Origin: Candidatus Methylomirabilia bacterium
Lineage (GTDB): Bacteria > Methylomirabilota > Methylomirabilia > Rokubacteriales > CSP1-6
Direction: 5' to 3'
DNA length: 14,745 bases
NCBI GenBank assembly: GCA_041496385.1
Contig: JBGQEL010000108.1
Location: 1-14,745, forward strand
This document shows positions 1 to 8,225 of this stretch, piece after piece (position 1 is the first letter of the stretch; each line of letters starts with the position of its first letter). The notes under the pieces were generated by a model, which saw nothing but the letters and a program-made list of their open reading frames with translations, was not told the origin of the DNA and did not search any database. The position numbers and the translations under genes are program-made.

Positions 1-360
1 GGCGCGGTGGGGGGCGTTGGCGGGCTTCACCTGGGGGGGCGCCTGCGCGCGCTGGTTCACCTCGGGGTGGCGCGCCGCCAGGCAGATGACGCCACGCGCG
101 TGGGCCATGAGGAGCGCGGTCCGCGGAAACCGGTACTCGGCGTAGAGGTCTTCGAGGACGAGCGCGGCGGGGGCGTGCTCGGCGAGCAGCCGATCCACGC
201 CGTCGTAGATGACCTGGATGCGCGTCTCGAGCGACAGCTCGCGGGTCGTCGCGATGACGCCGCTCGCGAGGACGAGCACGCCGGCCGGCCCGGGCTCGAT
301 GAGCCCGAAGCCGGTGGCGACGAGACCGGGATCGACCCCGAGGATCTTGAGGCTAGGCAG
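1..360 (-). CDS. ruvC: Holliday junction resolvase RuvC, 3'-truncated by the window edge; start codon uncertain (probably CTG at 360-358)
   Basis: Not in the ORF track. Manual minus-strand translation gives LPSLKILGVDPGLVATGFGLIE...SLETRIQVIYDGVDRLLAEHAPAALVLEDLYAEYRFPRTALLMAHARGVICLAA. This has the RuvC ILGxDPG catalytic-Asp motif, the catalytic Glu strand (LVLE) and the ARGV motif. It lies directly downstream of yebC, the classic yebC-ruvC order. Confidence 0.93.
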   Translation of the reverse strand, partial: MPSLKILGVDPGLVATGFGLIEPGPAGVLVLASGVIATTRELSLETRIQVIYDGVDRLLAEHAPAALVLEDLYAEYRFPRTALLMAHARGVICLAARHPEVNQRAQAPPQVKPANAPHRA

Positions 361-1105
361 CCGCGATGGCCTCGAGGACCTCGTCGGGGATGTCGTAGTT
401 CGCGTACACGGACTGAACGTCGTCCAGCTCCTCCAGCGCCTCGATCAGGCGCAACACGCTGGCCGCGTCCTTGCTCTCGACCCGCGTCGTCGATTTCGGC
501 ACGAACATCACCTGGGCCTCGAGCACGGGCACGCCCGCCGCCATGAGCGCCTCCCGGACCGAGTCCATTTCAGCAGGCGCGGTGGTGATCTCGAAAGCTT
601 TTTCGACGCGCCGCATGTCGGTGGCGCCCGCGTCGAGGGCCTTCGCGAGGAGATCGTCCTCGGCGATCCGCTCCGCGTCGACCTGGATCACCCCGGTGCG
701 GTCGAACATCCACGCGACGGCGCCCGAGGAGCCCATGTTGCCGCCGTGCTTCTCGAAGATGTGCCGGATCTCGGGACCGGTGCGGTTGCGGTTGTCGGTG
801 ACGACCTGGATCAGCAGCGCGACGCCGCCGGGTGCGTAGCCCTCGTACGTGATCTCCTCGTAGGCTTCGCCGGGCAGCTCGCCGGTGCCCTTCTGGATCG
901 CCCGCTTGATGTTGTCCTGCGGCATGTTGGCTTCCTTCGCCGACTCGATCGCGGCCTTCAGGCGCATGTTCGCCTTCGGGTCGCCGCCGCCGTTCTTCGC
1001 GGCGACCGTGATCTCGCGGAGGATCTTCGAGAACAGCTTCCCCCGCTGCACGTCCGCCTTGCCCTTCTTGCGCTTGATTTGCGACCACCGGGAATGCCCC
1101 GACAT
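353..1105 (-). CDS. yebC: YebC/PmpR family protein
   Basis: 250 aa. Family motifs MSGHSRWSQIKRKKG, KLFSKILREITVAAK.GG.DP..N..L, YEGYAPGGVA, TDNRNRT and C-terminal LEELDDVQSVYAN. Purine-rich SD-like sequence upstream. Confidence 0.97.
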   Translation of the reverse strand: MSGHSRWSQIKRKKGKADVQRGKLFSKILREITVAAKNGGGDPKANMRLKAAIESAKEANMPQDNIKRAIQKGTGELPGEAYEEITYEGYAPGGVALLIQVVTDNRNRTGPEIRHIFEKHGGNMGSSGAVAWMFDRTGVIQVDAERIAEDDLLAKALDAGATDMRRVEKAFEITTAPAEMDSVREALMAAGVPVLEAQVMFVPKSTTRVESKDAASVLRLIEALEELDDVQSVYANYDIPDEVLEAIAAA

Positions 1106-1109
1106 CGTC

Positions 1110-2096
1110 CTACCCTCTTTCGTTCGAAAGTGCGGTCTTGAGTCGCTTGATCCGCTCGAGCCTGCCGCTCCGACGCGCCACGGCCTCGTCCCACCGGCGC
1201 CGCTCGCCGGACGTCTCGGGCACGAACGACGGGCAGGGCCGGGGCCGCAGGTCGCCGCCGAGGTGCACGAACGTCAGGAACGCGGTGCAGGCGTGTCGTA
1301 CCTCCCCCGACCACGGTACTTCAGCCAGCACCTTGACGCCAACCTCGAGCGACGAGGTGCCGACGTAGTTGAGTCCCGCCTTGAAGGTGACGACCTCGTG
1401 CGTGAGGATCGGCGAGTAGAAATCCATCGCGTCCAGACAGGCCGTCATCACCAGGCCCTTGCAGTATCGCATCGAGAGGATCCCGCCCGCCTCGTCGAGC
1501 GCCATGAGCATCTTGCCGACGAACATGGTGTTGCCGAAGAGCGCATCCTCCGGCAGCACGCTGCGGGCGGACTCGAAGCGCCAGCGCACGTCCGCGTCCT
1601 CGCCGCTCGCGGTATCGCGGATCCGCGCCGCCTTCTGCGCGAAGCGCACGAGCCGCTCGTCGCGCCGGCGCCGGGCGGCCTCGACCAGCAGGCACTCGCG
1701 CGCGTCCCGCGGCTCGATCTTCGTCGTGACGGGCTCGGGCCGGACGCCGTCGTCCACCTTGACGAAGACCAGGTGCGAGTTGAGCGTGACCGCGCGCTCG
1801 CCCGTCTGCACGTGCTCCGCCCAGACCCGCACGCCGACTTCGAGCGAGCTCCGGCCCACGTACTCGACCTGCGCCCGCAGGATCGCGATCTGGCCGACCC
1901 TGACCGGGTGCAGGAAGTCGATGTCGTCCATCGCCCCGAGCACGACGTGGCCGCGCGCGACGCGGGCGGCCGCGAGCGTGCCCGCCTGCGTGATCCATTC
2001 CATCATCCGCCCGCCGTGGATCTGGCCGGGCGCGCCGGCGTGCTCGGGGAAGACCCAGTGGACCATCTCGACCCCGGTCTCGGCGATCGATGGCAT
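1110..2096 (-). CDS. Double hotdog-fold acyl-CoA thioesterase (YciA/ACOT7-like, two tandem domains)
   Basis: 328 aa with an internal duplication: IDFLHPVRVG...YVGRSSLEVGVRVWAE...LVFVKVD versus MDFYSPILTH...YVGTSSLEVGVKVLAE...LTFVHLG. The first domain has the hotdog helix motif GQIHGGRMMEW. Confidence 0.88.
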   Translation of the reverse strand: MPSIAETGVEMVHWVFPEHAGAPGQIHGGRMMEWITQAGTLAAARVARGHVVLGAMDDIDFLHPVRVGQIAILRAQVEYVGRSSLEVGVRVWAEHVQTGERAVTLNSHLVFVKVDDGVRPEPVTTKIEPRDARECLLVEAARRRRDERLVRFAQKAARIRDTASGEDADVRWRFESARSVLPEDALFGNTMFVGKMLMALDEAGGILSMRYCKGLVMTACLDAMDFYSPILTHEVVTFKAGLNYVGTSSLEVGVKVLAEVPWSGEVRHACTAFLTFVHLGGDLRPRPCPSFVPETSGERRRWDEAVARRSGRLERIKRLKTALSNERG

Positions 2097-2102
2097 GGAC
2101 GG

Positions 2103-2111
2103 ACTGTACCA
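2103..2111 (-). promoter_or_regulatory. Putative extended -10 promoter (TG-G-TACAGT) giving a leaderless transcript for thioesterase-yebC-ruvC
   Basis: The minus strand reads TGGTACAGT-ccgtcc-ATG, so the hexamer is 6 nt from the start codon at 2096 and there is no SD. Confidence 0.55.
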
Positions 2112-2133
2112 CCTCGACCCGCGCCCGGCGGGG

Positions 2134-3708
2134 CTAGCGTGACCCGCCGGCTCCTCCCTCGAGCGTCACCGTGTCGAGGCGGTGGACCCCGGTCGGGTGC
2201 AGGCGCAGGCCGCGCACCTCGGCGCGCACAAGCGCCCACTGCAGCCGCACGTAGATCGGCAGCCACGGCAGGTCCTCGGCGAGGAGCGCCTGGGCGCGCT
2301 GGTAGAGGCGCTGGCGCTCCGCCCGGAACGAGAGCTGGCTCGCCCGGATCAGCGCGTCGTCGAGCCGCGCGTTCCGGTAGAAGGAGAAGTTGAGGGCGCG
2401 CGGCCCCTTCGTCGCGGCCTCGCTCGTCGACAGCGGAAACAGGAACAGGTGCGGATCGCCGCCGGTCACGGCGGCCTCGACGAGTGCCAGATCGTGCTCC
2501 CCCTTCTGAACGATCGCGCGAGCCGCGTCGGGCGCCTCGATCCGAAGGTTCACCGGCATCTCCGCGGCGCCGAGGGCCAGCTGGAGCGTCTCGGCGAGCC
2601 GCGGGAGGTTCACGGGCGACGTCTCCGACGGCACGAGGAGCGTTGGCTTGACGCCGTTCGACCAGCCCCCGGCCGCGAGCAGCGCCTTCGCCGCGTCGCG
2701 CCCGGTGCCGAGGAGCGGCGAGCCCTCCCGGCGCGCCCAGACGCCGGGCGGCAGGAACGACTGCAGCGGCACCGCCGCGCGCTCGAGCGACAGGCCGATG
2801 ACGGCGGGATCGAGCGCCGCGGCGACCGCGTGGCGGACTTTCTTGCGCGAGAAGGGCTCCTTCTCCGTCTGGAACGCGAGGTAGCCGACGCGGAGACCTG
2901 GGGCGGAGAGCGCGCCCTCCGCGCGGCGGGGCGGAGCGGACGGAAACCACACGTCGAGGGTCTTCGCGTCGAGGTCGGTCTCCGCCTGCTCGTCGGTCGT
3001 CACGTCGAGGAACACGATGCGCTCGGCCTTCTGCGGGCCGGCCCAGTGTCCCGGCACCGGTTCGAGGGCGAGCCGCCCGCTCGAGGCGTCCACGACACGG
3101 TACGGACCGGTGCCGGTGAACCGCCCACCCTCGGCGCTCGAGCCGCGCGCGATGGCGAGCGCGGGGTGCGCGAGCACGGTGAGAAGGGGCGCGTAGGGCT
3201 GAGCGAGCACGATTTGCACCGTTCGCTGGTCCGGCGCGCGAACCTCGCGGACGACGCCGGGGCGCCCGCGGAAGAGCGCGGCCCAGGCGTCGGGCGCGGC
3301 CGGCGCGTCGGCGCGGAGCTGCCGCTCGAAGCTCGCGACCACTTCGGCCGACGTCAGCCCGGTGCCGTCGTGGAACTTCACGTTCTCGCGGAGCGAGAAC
3401 GACCAGACGAGCCCGTCGCGTGAGACGTGCCAGCGGGTCGCGAGCGCGGGCTCGATGTCGGTGGTGCCCTCCCGGTAGGCAACGAGCGTGTCGAACACCT
3501 GGCGCGCGACGAGGGGAACCGCGCCCTCGAGCGCGGCCGCGGGATCGAGCGTCGCGGGCACGCCCGGAACGCCGACGCGAACCTCTCGGCGGGCGCCGGG
3601 CGTCGGTCCGCTCGGCCCCTGCCCGGCGACGTCTCGTGTGGGGGAGAGTAACAGGAAGGCGAAGGGCAGGAGGGCGAGAGCGTCGCGACGAATACGCGGG
3701 CCGCGCAT
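2134..3708 (-). CDS. ABC transporter substrate-binding protein, family 5 (DppA/OppA/NikA-like)
   Basis: 524 aa. Basic then hydrophobic N-terminal signal peptide. Family-5 motifs TLDPA...VFDTLV...IEPALATRW..S.DG..W.F.LRENVKFHDGT, GTGPY, PF....VRHAVAAALD and R..LY..AQ..L.EDLPWLPIY. Confidence 0.92.
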   Translation of the reverse strand: MRGPRIRRDALALLPFAFLLLSPTRDVAGQGPSGPTPGARREVRVGVPGVPATLDPAAALEGAVPLVARQVFDTLVAYREGTTDIEPALATRWHVSRDGLVWSFSLRENVKFHDGTGLTSAEVVASFERQLRADAPAAPDAWAALFRGRPGVVREVRAPDQRTVQIVLAQPYAPLLTVLAHPALAIARGSSAEGGRFTGTGPYRVVDASSGRLALEPVPGHWAGPQKAERIVFLDVTTDEQAETDLDAKTLDVWFPSAPPRRAEGALSAPGLRVGYLAFQTEKEPFSRKKVRHAVAAALDPAVIGLSLERAAVPLQSFLPPGVWARREGSPLLGTGRDAAKALLAAGGWSNGVKPTLLVPSETSPVNLPRLAETLQLALGAAEMPVNLRIEAPDAARAIVQKGEHDLALVEAAVTGGDPHLFLFPLSTSEAATKGPRALNFSFYRNARLDDALIRASQLSFRAERQRLYQRAQALLAEDLPWLPIYVRLQWALVRAEVRGLRLHPTGVHRLDTVTLEGGAGGSR

Positions 3709-3777
3709 CGACCCCTTTTATACGTGGAACCCCCTCGAGGCGCCACCCGTTTCGAGAGCAGAACGAAGCCGGTTCCG

Positions 3778-3793
3778 CGGTACGGAACTTGCT
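3778..3793 (+). promoter_or_regulatory. Putative sigma54 (-24/-12) promoter facing arc
   Basis: CGGTACGGAACTTGCT compared with consensus YTGGCACG-N4-TTGCW: GG (3779-3780) and GC (3791-3792) are exactly 10 nt apart, in an intergenic region. Confidence 0.5.
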
Positions 3794-3906
3794 CCGCCTC
3801 ACCATATGGAGGGGGTGGAGCGCACGGAATGGTCACCAGGACGCCAGCGGCGGAAAAAAGTGCAAAGAATTCAACTGCTCAACGGCCGGTAAGTAAGCGG
3901 CCAACC

Positions 3907-3936
3907 TTGACTTTCTTTTTTCCAGACGCCTATACT
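3907..3936 (+). promoter_or_regulatory. Sigma70-type promoter of the proteasome operon
   Basis: TTGACT (3907-3912), 18-nt spacer, TATACT (3931-3936). Both boxes match consensus at 5/6 and lie in the most AT-rich stretch of the window, about 65 nt upstream of the arc ATG. Confidence 0.75.
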
Positions 3937-4001
3937 TCGAGCACGAGGCGAATGCTCGTGCACGAGCGGCGCACAAGGGGTCAAGTGAGAAGGGATGGGC
4001 T

Positions 4002-5813
4002 ATGAAGGAGTTCGACAAGAAGAGTAGCCCGAGTCGCGAAGGCTTCTCGAAGTTCCTCCCCGCCTCGATGTCCGACGCCAGCTCGCGCCGCCGCCTGACC
4101 GAGTACGAGATTCAGGTCCAGGATCTCCAGGCCTACATCCGGTCGCTCGAGGCGGAGACGGTCCACCTCCGGAAGAAGCTCGAGGACACGCCCAAGGACT
4201 TCATGGTCCTCGAGAACAAGCTGCGGGAGGCGAACCGACAGCTCGTCCAGGCCTTCAACCAGAACGAGAAGCTCGTGAACGCGCTCTACGAGGCGCGCGA
4301 ACAGATCACCTCGCTCAAGGAAGAGGTGGACAAGCTCTGCGCGCCGCCCTCGACCTACGGCGTCTACCTCTCGCCGAACGAGGACGGGACGGTCAACATC
4401 CTCTCGCAGGGCCGCAAGGTGAAGGTGAACCTGCACCCCTCCATCAAGGCCGAGACCCTCAAGCCCGGGCAGGAGCTGATCCTGAACGAGGGGCTGAACG
4501 TCATCGAGCCGGCGGGCTACGAGATCCAGGGCGAGGTCGTCATCCTCAAGGAGCAGCTCGATCCCGAGCGCGCGGTGGTCACGCTGCGCGCCGACGAGGA
4601 GAAGGTCGGGATCATCGCCGACCCGCTCCGCACGCAGCGGCTCAAGACCGGCGACCACCTCCTGATGGACTCGAAGTCCGGATACCTGCTCGAGAAGCTC
4701 CCGAAGAGCGAGGTCGAAGACCTCACGCTCGAGGAAGTGCCCGACATCGGCTACGACGACATCGGCGGCCTCGGCGACCAGATCGAGGCGATCAAGGACG
4801 CGGTCGAGCTGCCGTACCTCTACGCGGACTACTACAAGGAGCACAAGCTCACGCCGCCGAAAGGCGTGCTGCTCTACGGGCCTCCCGGCTGCGGCAAGAC
4901 GATGATCGCCAAGGCGGTCGCGAACAACCTGGCCGAAAAAATCTCCGAGAAGCGCGGGGAAAAGATCAAGGGGTTCTTCCTCAACATCAAGGGCCCCGAG
5001 CTGCTGAACAAGTACGTCGGCGAGACCGAGCGCAAGATCCGCGAGATCTTCGTGAAGGCCAAGGAGAAGGCGGCCGAGGACGTGCCGGTCATCGTGTTCT
5101 TCGACGAGATGGACGCGCTGTTTCGCACGCGCGGCACGGGCATCTCCTCGGACGTGGAGACCACGATCGTCCCGCAGCTGCTCGCCGAGATCGACGGGGT
5201 CGAGGGGCTGAAAAACGTCATCGTCATCGGCGCCTCGAACCGGCAGGATCTCATCGATCCGGCCATCCTGCGACCGGGTCGGCTCGACGTGAAGATCAAG
5301 ATCGAGCGGCCCGACCGCGGCGCGGCCACCGACATCTTCAAGAAGTACCTCACGACGGACATCCCGTTCGCCGAGAGCGAGGTGCGCAACGGTGACGTGG
5401 CCGGGGCCATCGACCTGATGGTCGTCGCCACGGTGGAAGCGATGTACAGCCTCTCCGAGGAGAACCGCTTCCTCGAGGTCACGTACGCGAACGGCGACAA
5501 GGAGGTCCTCTACTTCAAGGACTTCTCGTCGGGCGCGATGATCGAGTCGGTCGTGCGCCGGGCCAAGAAGCTCGCGCTCAAGCGCTACATCGGCGGAGGG
5601 CCGAAGGGAATCGGCGAGGACGACCTCAAGACCGCCGTGCGCGAGGAGTTCAAGGAGAACGAGGACCTGCCGAACACGACGAACCCCGACGACTGGGCGA
5701 AGATCGCGGGCAAGAAGGGCGAGCGGATCGTCTACGTGAAGCCGCTCATGGGCGAGTCGAAGGAGAAGCAGCGGAGCGTCGAGAAGGTCGTCAACACCGG
5801 CCAGTACCTGTAG
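4002..5813 (+). CDS. arc: Proteasome-associated AAA+ ATPase (ARC/Mpa)
   Basis: 603 aa. N-terminal coiled coil [29 protein letters not shown], homologous to the Pup-binding helix of Mpa. Walker A GPPGCGKT, pore loop KYVGE, Walker B VIVFFDE, second region of homology [25 protein letters not shown] and the C-terminal GQYL proteasome-docking motif. Confidence 0.97.
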   Translation: MKEFDKKSSPSREGFSKFLPASMSDASSRRRLTEYEIQVQDLQAYIRSLEAETVHLRKKLEDTPKDFMVLENKLREANRQLVQAFNQNEKLVNALYEAREQITSLKEEVDKLCAPPSTYGVYLSPNEDGTVNILSQGRKVKVNLHPSIKAETLKPGQELILNEGLNVIEPAGYEIQGEVVILKEQLDPERAVVTLRADEEKVGIIADPLRTQRLKTGDHLLMDSKSGYLLEKLPKSEVEDLTLEEVPDIGYDDIGGLGDQIEAIKDAVELPYLYADYYKEHKLTPPKGVLLYGPPGCGKTMIAKAVANNLAEKISEKRGEKIKGFFLNIKGPELLNKYVGETERKIREIFVKAKEKAAEDVPVIVFFDEMDALFRTRGTGISSDVETTIVPQLLAEIDGVEGLKNVIVIGASNRQDLIDPAILRPGRLDVKIKIERPDRGAATDIFKKYLTTDIPFAESEVRNGDVAGAIDLMVVATVEAMYSLSEENRFLEVTYANGDKEVLYFKDFSSGAMIESVVRRAKKLALKRYIGGGPKGIGEDDLKTAVREEFKENEDLPNTTNPDDWAKIAGKKGERIVYVKPLMGESKEKQRSVEKVVNTGQYL

Positions 5814-5823
5814 TCGAGATCCG

Positions 5824-5847
5824 GAGGGGGGCCCCGCGGCCCCCCTC
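5824..5847. repeat. Perfect 10-bp-stem inverted repeat (REP-like hairpin)
   Basis: GAGGGGGGCC-ccgc-GGCCCCCCTC, starting 10 nt after the arc stop. Confidence 0.8.
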
Positions 5848-5853
5848 GTTCCT

Positions 5854-5884
5854 CCCCTGGCCTCCGGCCAGGGGTTTCTGTTCT
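5854..5884 (+). terminator. Possible intrinsic terminator/attenuator between arc and dop
   Basis: CCCCTGGCC-tcc-GGCCAGGGG (9-bp stem) followed by the imperfect U-tract TTTCTGTTCT. Confidence 0.5.
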
Positions 5885-5901
5885 CACGCGACGGGGGACG
5901 C

Positions 5902-7401
5902 ATGGCCATCCCGAAAGTCATGGGCATCGAGACCGAGTACGGGATCACCGTCAAGAATCAGCCGGACTTCAACCCGATCCTGTCCTCTTTGCTGCTGATC
6001 AACTCCTACGAGACCTTCCGGTCCTCCCGCGTCCGCTGGGACTACGAGGCGGAGAGCCCGCTCCGCGACGCCCGCGGCTTCGAGTACATGGAGGAGAAGG
6101 AAGGCACGTCCAAGGAAGAGTCGCGCCTGATCAACCTGATTCTTTCCAACGGTGCTCGCTTCTACGTCGACCACGCGCATCCGGAGTACTCGAGCCCCGA
6201 GACGACCAACCCGCGTGACCTCGTCATCTGGGATCGAGCGGGAGAGCGCATCCTGGACCTGTCGCGGCAGCGAGCGGAAGCGGTCTCGCCGCCCGAGCAG
6301 AGGATCCTGATCTACAAGAACAACACCGACAACAAGGGCAACTCGTACGGCACGCACGAGAACTACCTGATGGACCGCAAGGTGCCGTTCGCGCGGATCG
6401 TGCAGCACATGATGCCGTTCTTCGTGAGCCGCCAGATCTTCACCGGGGCCGGCAAGGTCGGCGCCGAGAACAACGCCGACCCGTGCGACTACCAGATCTC
6501 CCAGCGCGCCGACTTCCTCGAGACCGAGGTGGGCCTCGAGACGATGCACTCGCGCCCGATCATCAACACGCGGGACGAGCCCCACGCCGATCCCGAGAAG
6601 TACCGTCGCCTGCACGTGATCGTCGGTGACGCCAACATGAGCGAGGTCTCGAACTACCTGAAGGTCGGGACGATGGCGATCGTGCTCAGCATGGTCGAGG
6701 ACGACTGCATCGACCGCGACCTCTCGATCGACGGGCCCGTCGCGGCCTTCCGCAAGGTCTCGCGCGACCTCGGCTGCCGCGAGACGATCCGGCTGAAGGA
6801 CGGTCGCACGATCACGGCGGTGGACCTGCAGCGCGAGTTCCTGGACCTGGCGCAGCGCTACTATCGCGACCGCGAGAAGGAGCCCTGGGTCGACGAGGTG
6901 ATGGCCCGGTGGGAGCACACGCTGGACCGCCTGGCCGAGGATCCGATGCAGCTCGGCCGCGAGCTCGACTGGGTCATCAAGCGCCAGCTCATCGAGAACT
7001 ACATGGCCAAGCACGATATCGAGTGGAACGACTCGCGCGTGCAGATGATCGACCTCCAGTACCACGACATCCGCCCCGGCAAGGGCCTCTACTACAAGCT
7101 CGAGGAGGCCGAGGCGGTCGACCGGATGGTCACCGACGACGAGATCTCCAAGGCGATCTACGATCCGCCGAAGGACACGCGCGCCTACTTCCGCGGCATG
7201 TGCCTGCAGCGCTACGCCGACGAGATCGTCTCGGCGAGCTGGGACTCGGTGATCTTCGACCTCAAGGAGGGCCCGCTGAAGAAGATCTTCATGCTCGAGC
7301 CCCTGCGCGGGACGGAAGCCCACGTACGCCAGCTCCTCACCGAGTCGCCCACGGCGGCCGACCTGCTGCGCAACATCTCGCGCGCCGCCTCCGGCATGTG
7401 A
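5902..7401 (+). CDS. dop: Pup deamidase/depupylase Dop (PafA2)
   Basis: 499 aa. GIETEYG start, the Dop-specific loop [71 protein letters not shown] and ASWDSVIFD. Located between arc and prcB. Confidence 0.96.
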   Translation: MAIPKVMGIETEYGITVKNQPDFNPILSSLLLINSYETFRSSRVRWDYEAESPLRDARGFEYMEEKEGTSKEESRLINLILSNGARFYVDHAHPEYSSPETTNPRDLVIWDRAGERILDLSRQRAEAVSPPEQRILIYKNNTDNKGNSYGTHENYLMDRKVPFARIVQHMMPFFVSRQIFTGAGKVGAENNADPCDYQISQRADFLETEVGLETMHSRPIINTRDEPHADPEKYRRLHVIVGDANMSEVSNYLKVGTMAIVLSMVEDDCIDRDLSIDGPVAAFRKVSRDLGCRETIRLKDGRTITAVDLQREFLDLAQRYYRDREKEPWVDEVMARWEHTLDRLAEDPMQLGRELDWVIKRQLIENYMAKHDIEWNDSRVQMIDLQYHDIRPGKGLYYKLEEAEAVDRMVTDDEISKAIYDPPKDTRAYFRGMCLQRYADEIVSASWDSVIFDLKEGPLKKIFMLEPLRGTEAHVRQLLTESPTAADLLRNISRAASGM

Positions 7402-7406
7402 CGGGG

Positions 7407-8222
7407 ATGAACGAGCCCCCGCGCTGGCAGAACCTCTTCAACGACTACGCGAACGCGAGCTTCATGGACATCCTGCGCCGCGAGGCCCCCCACCTGATAC
7501 CGGGCGCGCCCTCGGGAGGGCAGGACGCCGCGCCGGAGCCGCCCCACGGCACGACCGTGCTCTCGGTGCGCTATCGGGACGGCGTCATCATGGCGGGCGA
7601 CCGTCAGGCCACGGCCGGCTATCAGGTGGCGAGCCGCCGGATCGAGAAGATCTTCAAGGCCGACGAGCTCTCCGGCGTCGGGATCGCCGGCGCCGCGGGC
7701 CCGGCGACGGAGATGGCGAAGCTCTTCCAGACCGAGCTCGAGCACTACGAGAAGGTCGAGGGCGAGAATCTCTCGCTCGATGGCAAGGCCAACCGTCTCT
7801 CGCAGATGATCCGGATGAACCTCCCGGCCGCGATGCAGGGGCTCGTCGTCGTTCCGATCTTCGCGGGCTTCGACGAGAAGGCGGGGCTCGGGCGGCTCTT
7901 CAAGTACGACATCACCGGCGGCCGCTATGAGGAGACGAACTACGACGCGCAGGGCTCGGGTTCGAAGGACGCGCGCGACTCGCTCAAGAAGCTGTGGAAG
8001 CGGGACATGCCGCGCGAGGAGGCGCTTCGCGTCACCCTCGAGGCCCTGATCGACGCGGCCGACGAGGACGTGGGCACGGGCGGGCCGGACCTCGTGCGCG
8101 GGATCTTCCCGAGCGTCAAGACCATCACCCGCTCCGGGTTCCAGGACGTGCCGGACGAGGAAGTGCGGCACGTGGTCGAGACGATCCTCGGCGACCGGAC
8201 CCGCAACGCGAACGGATCCTGA
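7407..8222 (+). CDS. prcB: 20S proteasome beta subunit with 48-aa propeptide
   Basis: The real start is the ATG at 7407 inside track ORF 6909..8222, giving 271 aa. The propeptide box SFMDILRREAPHLIP is followed by the autocleavage site PHG|TT (catalytic Thr codon at 7551). Also AGDRQAT, IAGAAG, ELEHYEKVEG..LSLDGKANRL and GSGS..A. Confidence 0.96.
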   Translation: MNEPPRWQNLFNDYANASFMDILRREAPHLIPGAPSGGQDAAPEPPHGTTVLSVRYRDGVIMAGDRQATAGYQVASRRIEKIFKADELSGVGIAGAAGPATEMAKLFQTELEHYEKVEGENLSLDGKANRLSQMIRMNLPAAMQGLVVVPIFAGFDEKAGLGRLFKYDITGGRYEETNYDAQGSGSKDARDSLKKLWKRDMPREEALRVTLEALIDAADEDVGTGGPDLVRGIFPSVKTITRSGFQDVPDEEVRHVVETILGDRTRNANGS

Positions 8223-8225
8223 GCC

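Noticed and set aside
1..75. Divergent RuvC sequence (HPEVNQRAQAPPQVKPANAPHRA) suggesting pseudogenisation
   Set aside because: The frame stays open and the register P..VK is kept. The stretch is abruptly A-poor on the + strand right at the edge, which looks like low-quality contig-end base calls.
3806..3892. 28-aa ORF MEGVERTEWSPGRQRRKKVQRIQLLNGR just after the sigma54-like motif
   Set aside because: Its A/T-ending codons are unlike those of the real genes, it has no homology I recognise and no GG[EQ] end. It is more simply explained as promoter DNA.
3979..3984. Minus-strand TTGACC as the -35 of a divergent promoter
   Set aside because: There is no acceptable -10 hexamer at 16-19 nt spacing.
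6909..7406. Apparent 166-aa N-terminal extension of PrcB in the ORF track (possible Pup-PrcB fusion or frameshift product)
   Set aside because: It is an Arg/Pro/Gly-rich alternative frame overlapping the conserved dop C-terminus, with no Pup similarity. The ATG at 7407 gives a normal propeptide.
7407..7550. SGGQ inside the PrcB propeptide as a hidden Pup-like tag
   Set aside because: The GGQ is internal. Autocleavage at HG|T would leave ...PPHG as the C-terminus, and Dop and PafA act on a C-terminal Gln/Glu. The upstream helix matches the usual propeptide box, not Pup.
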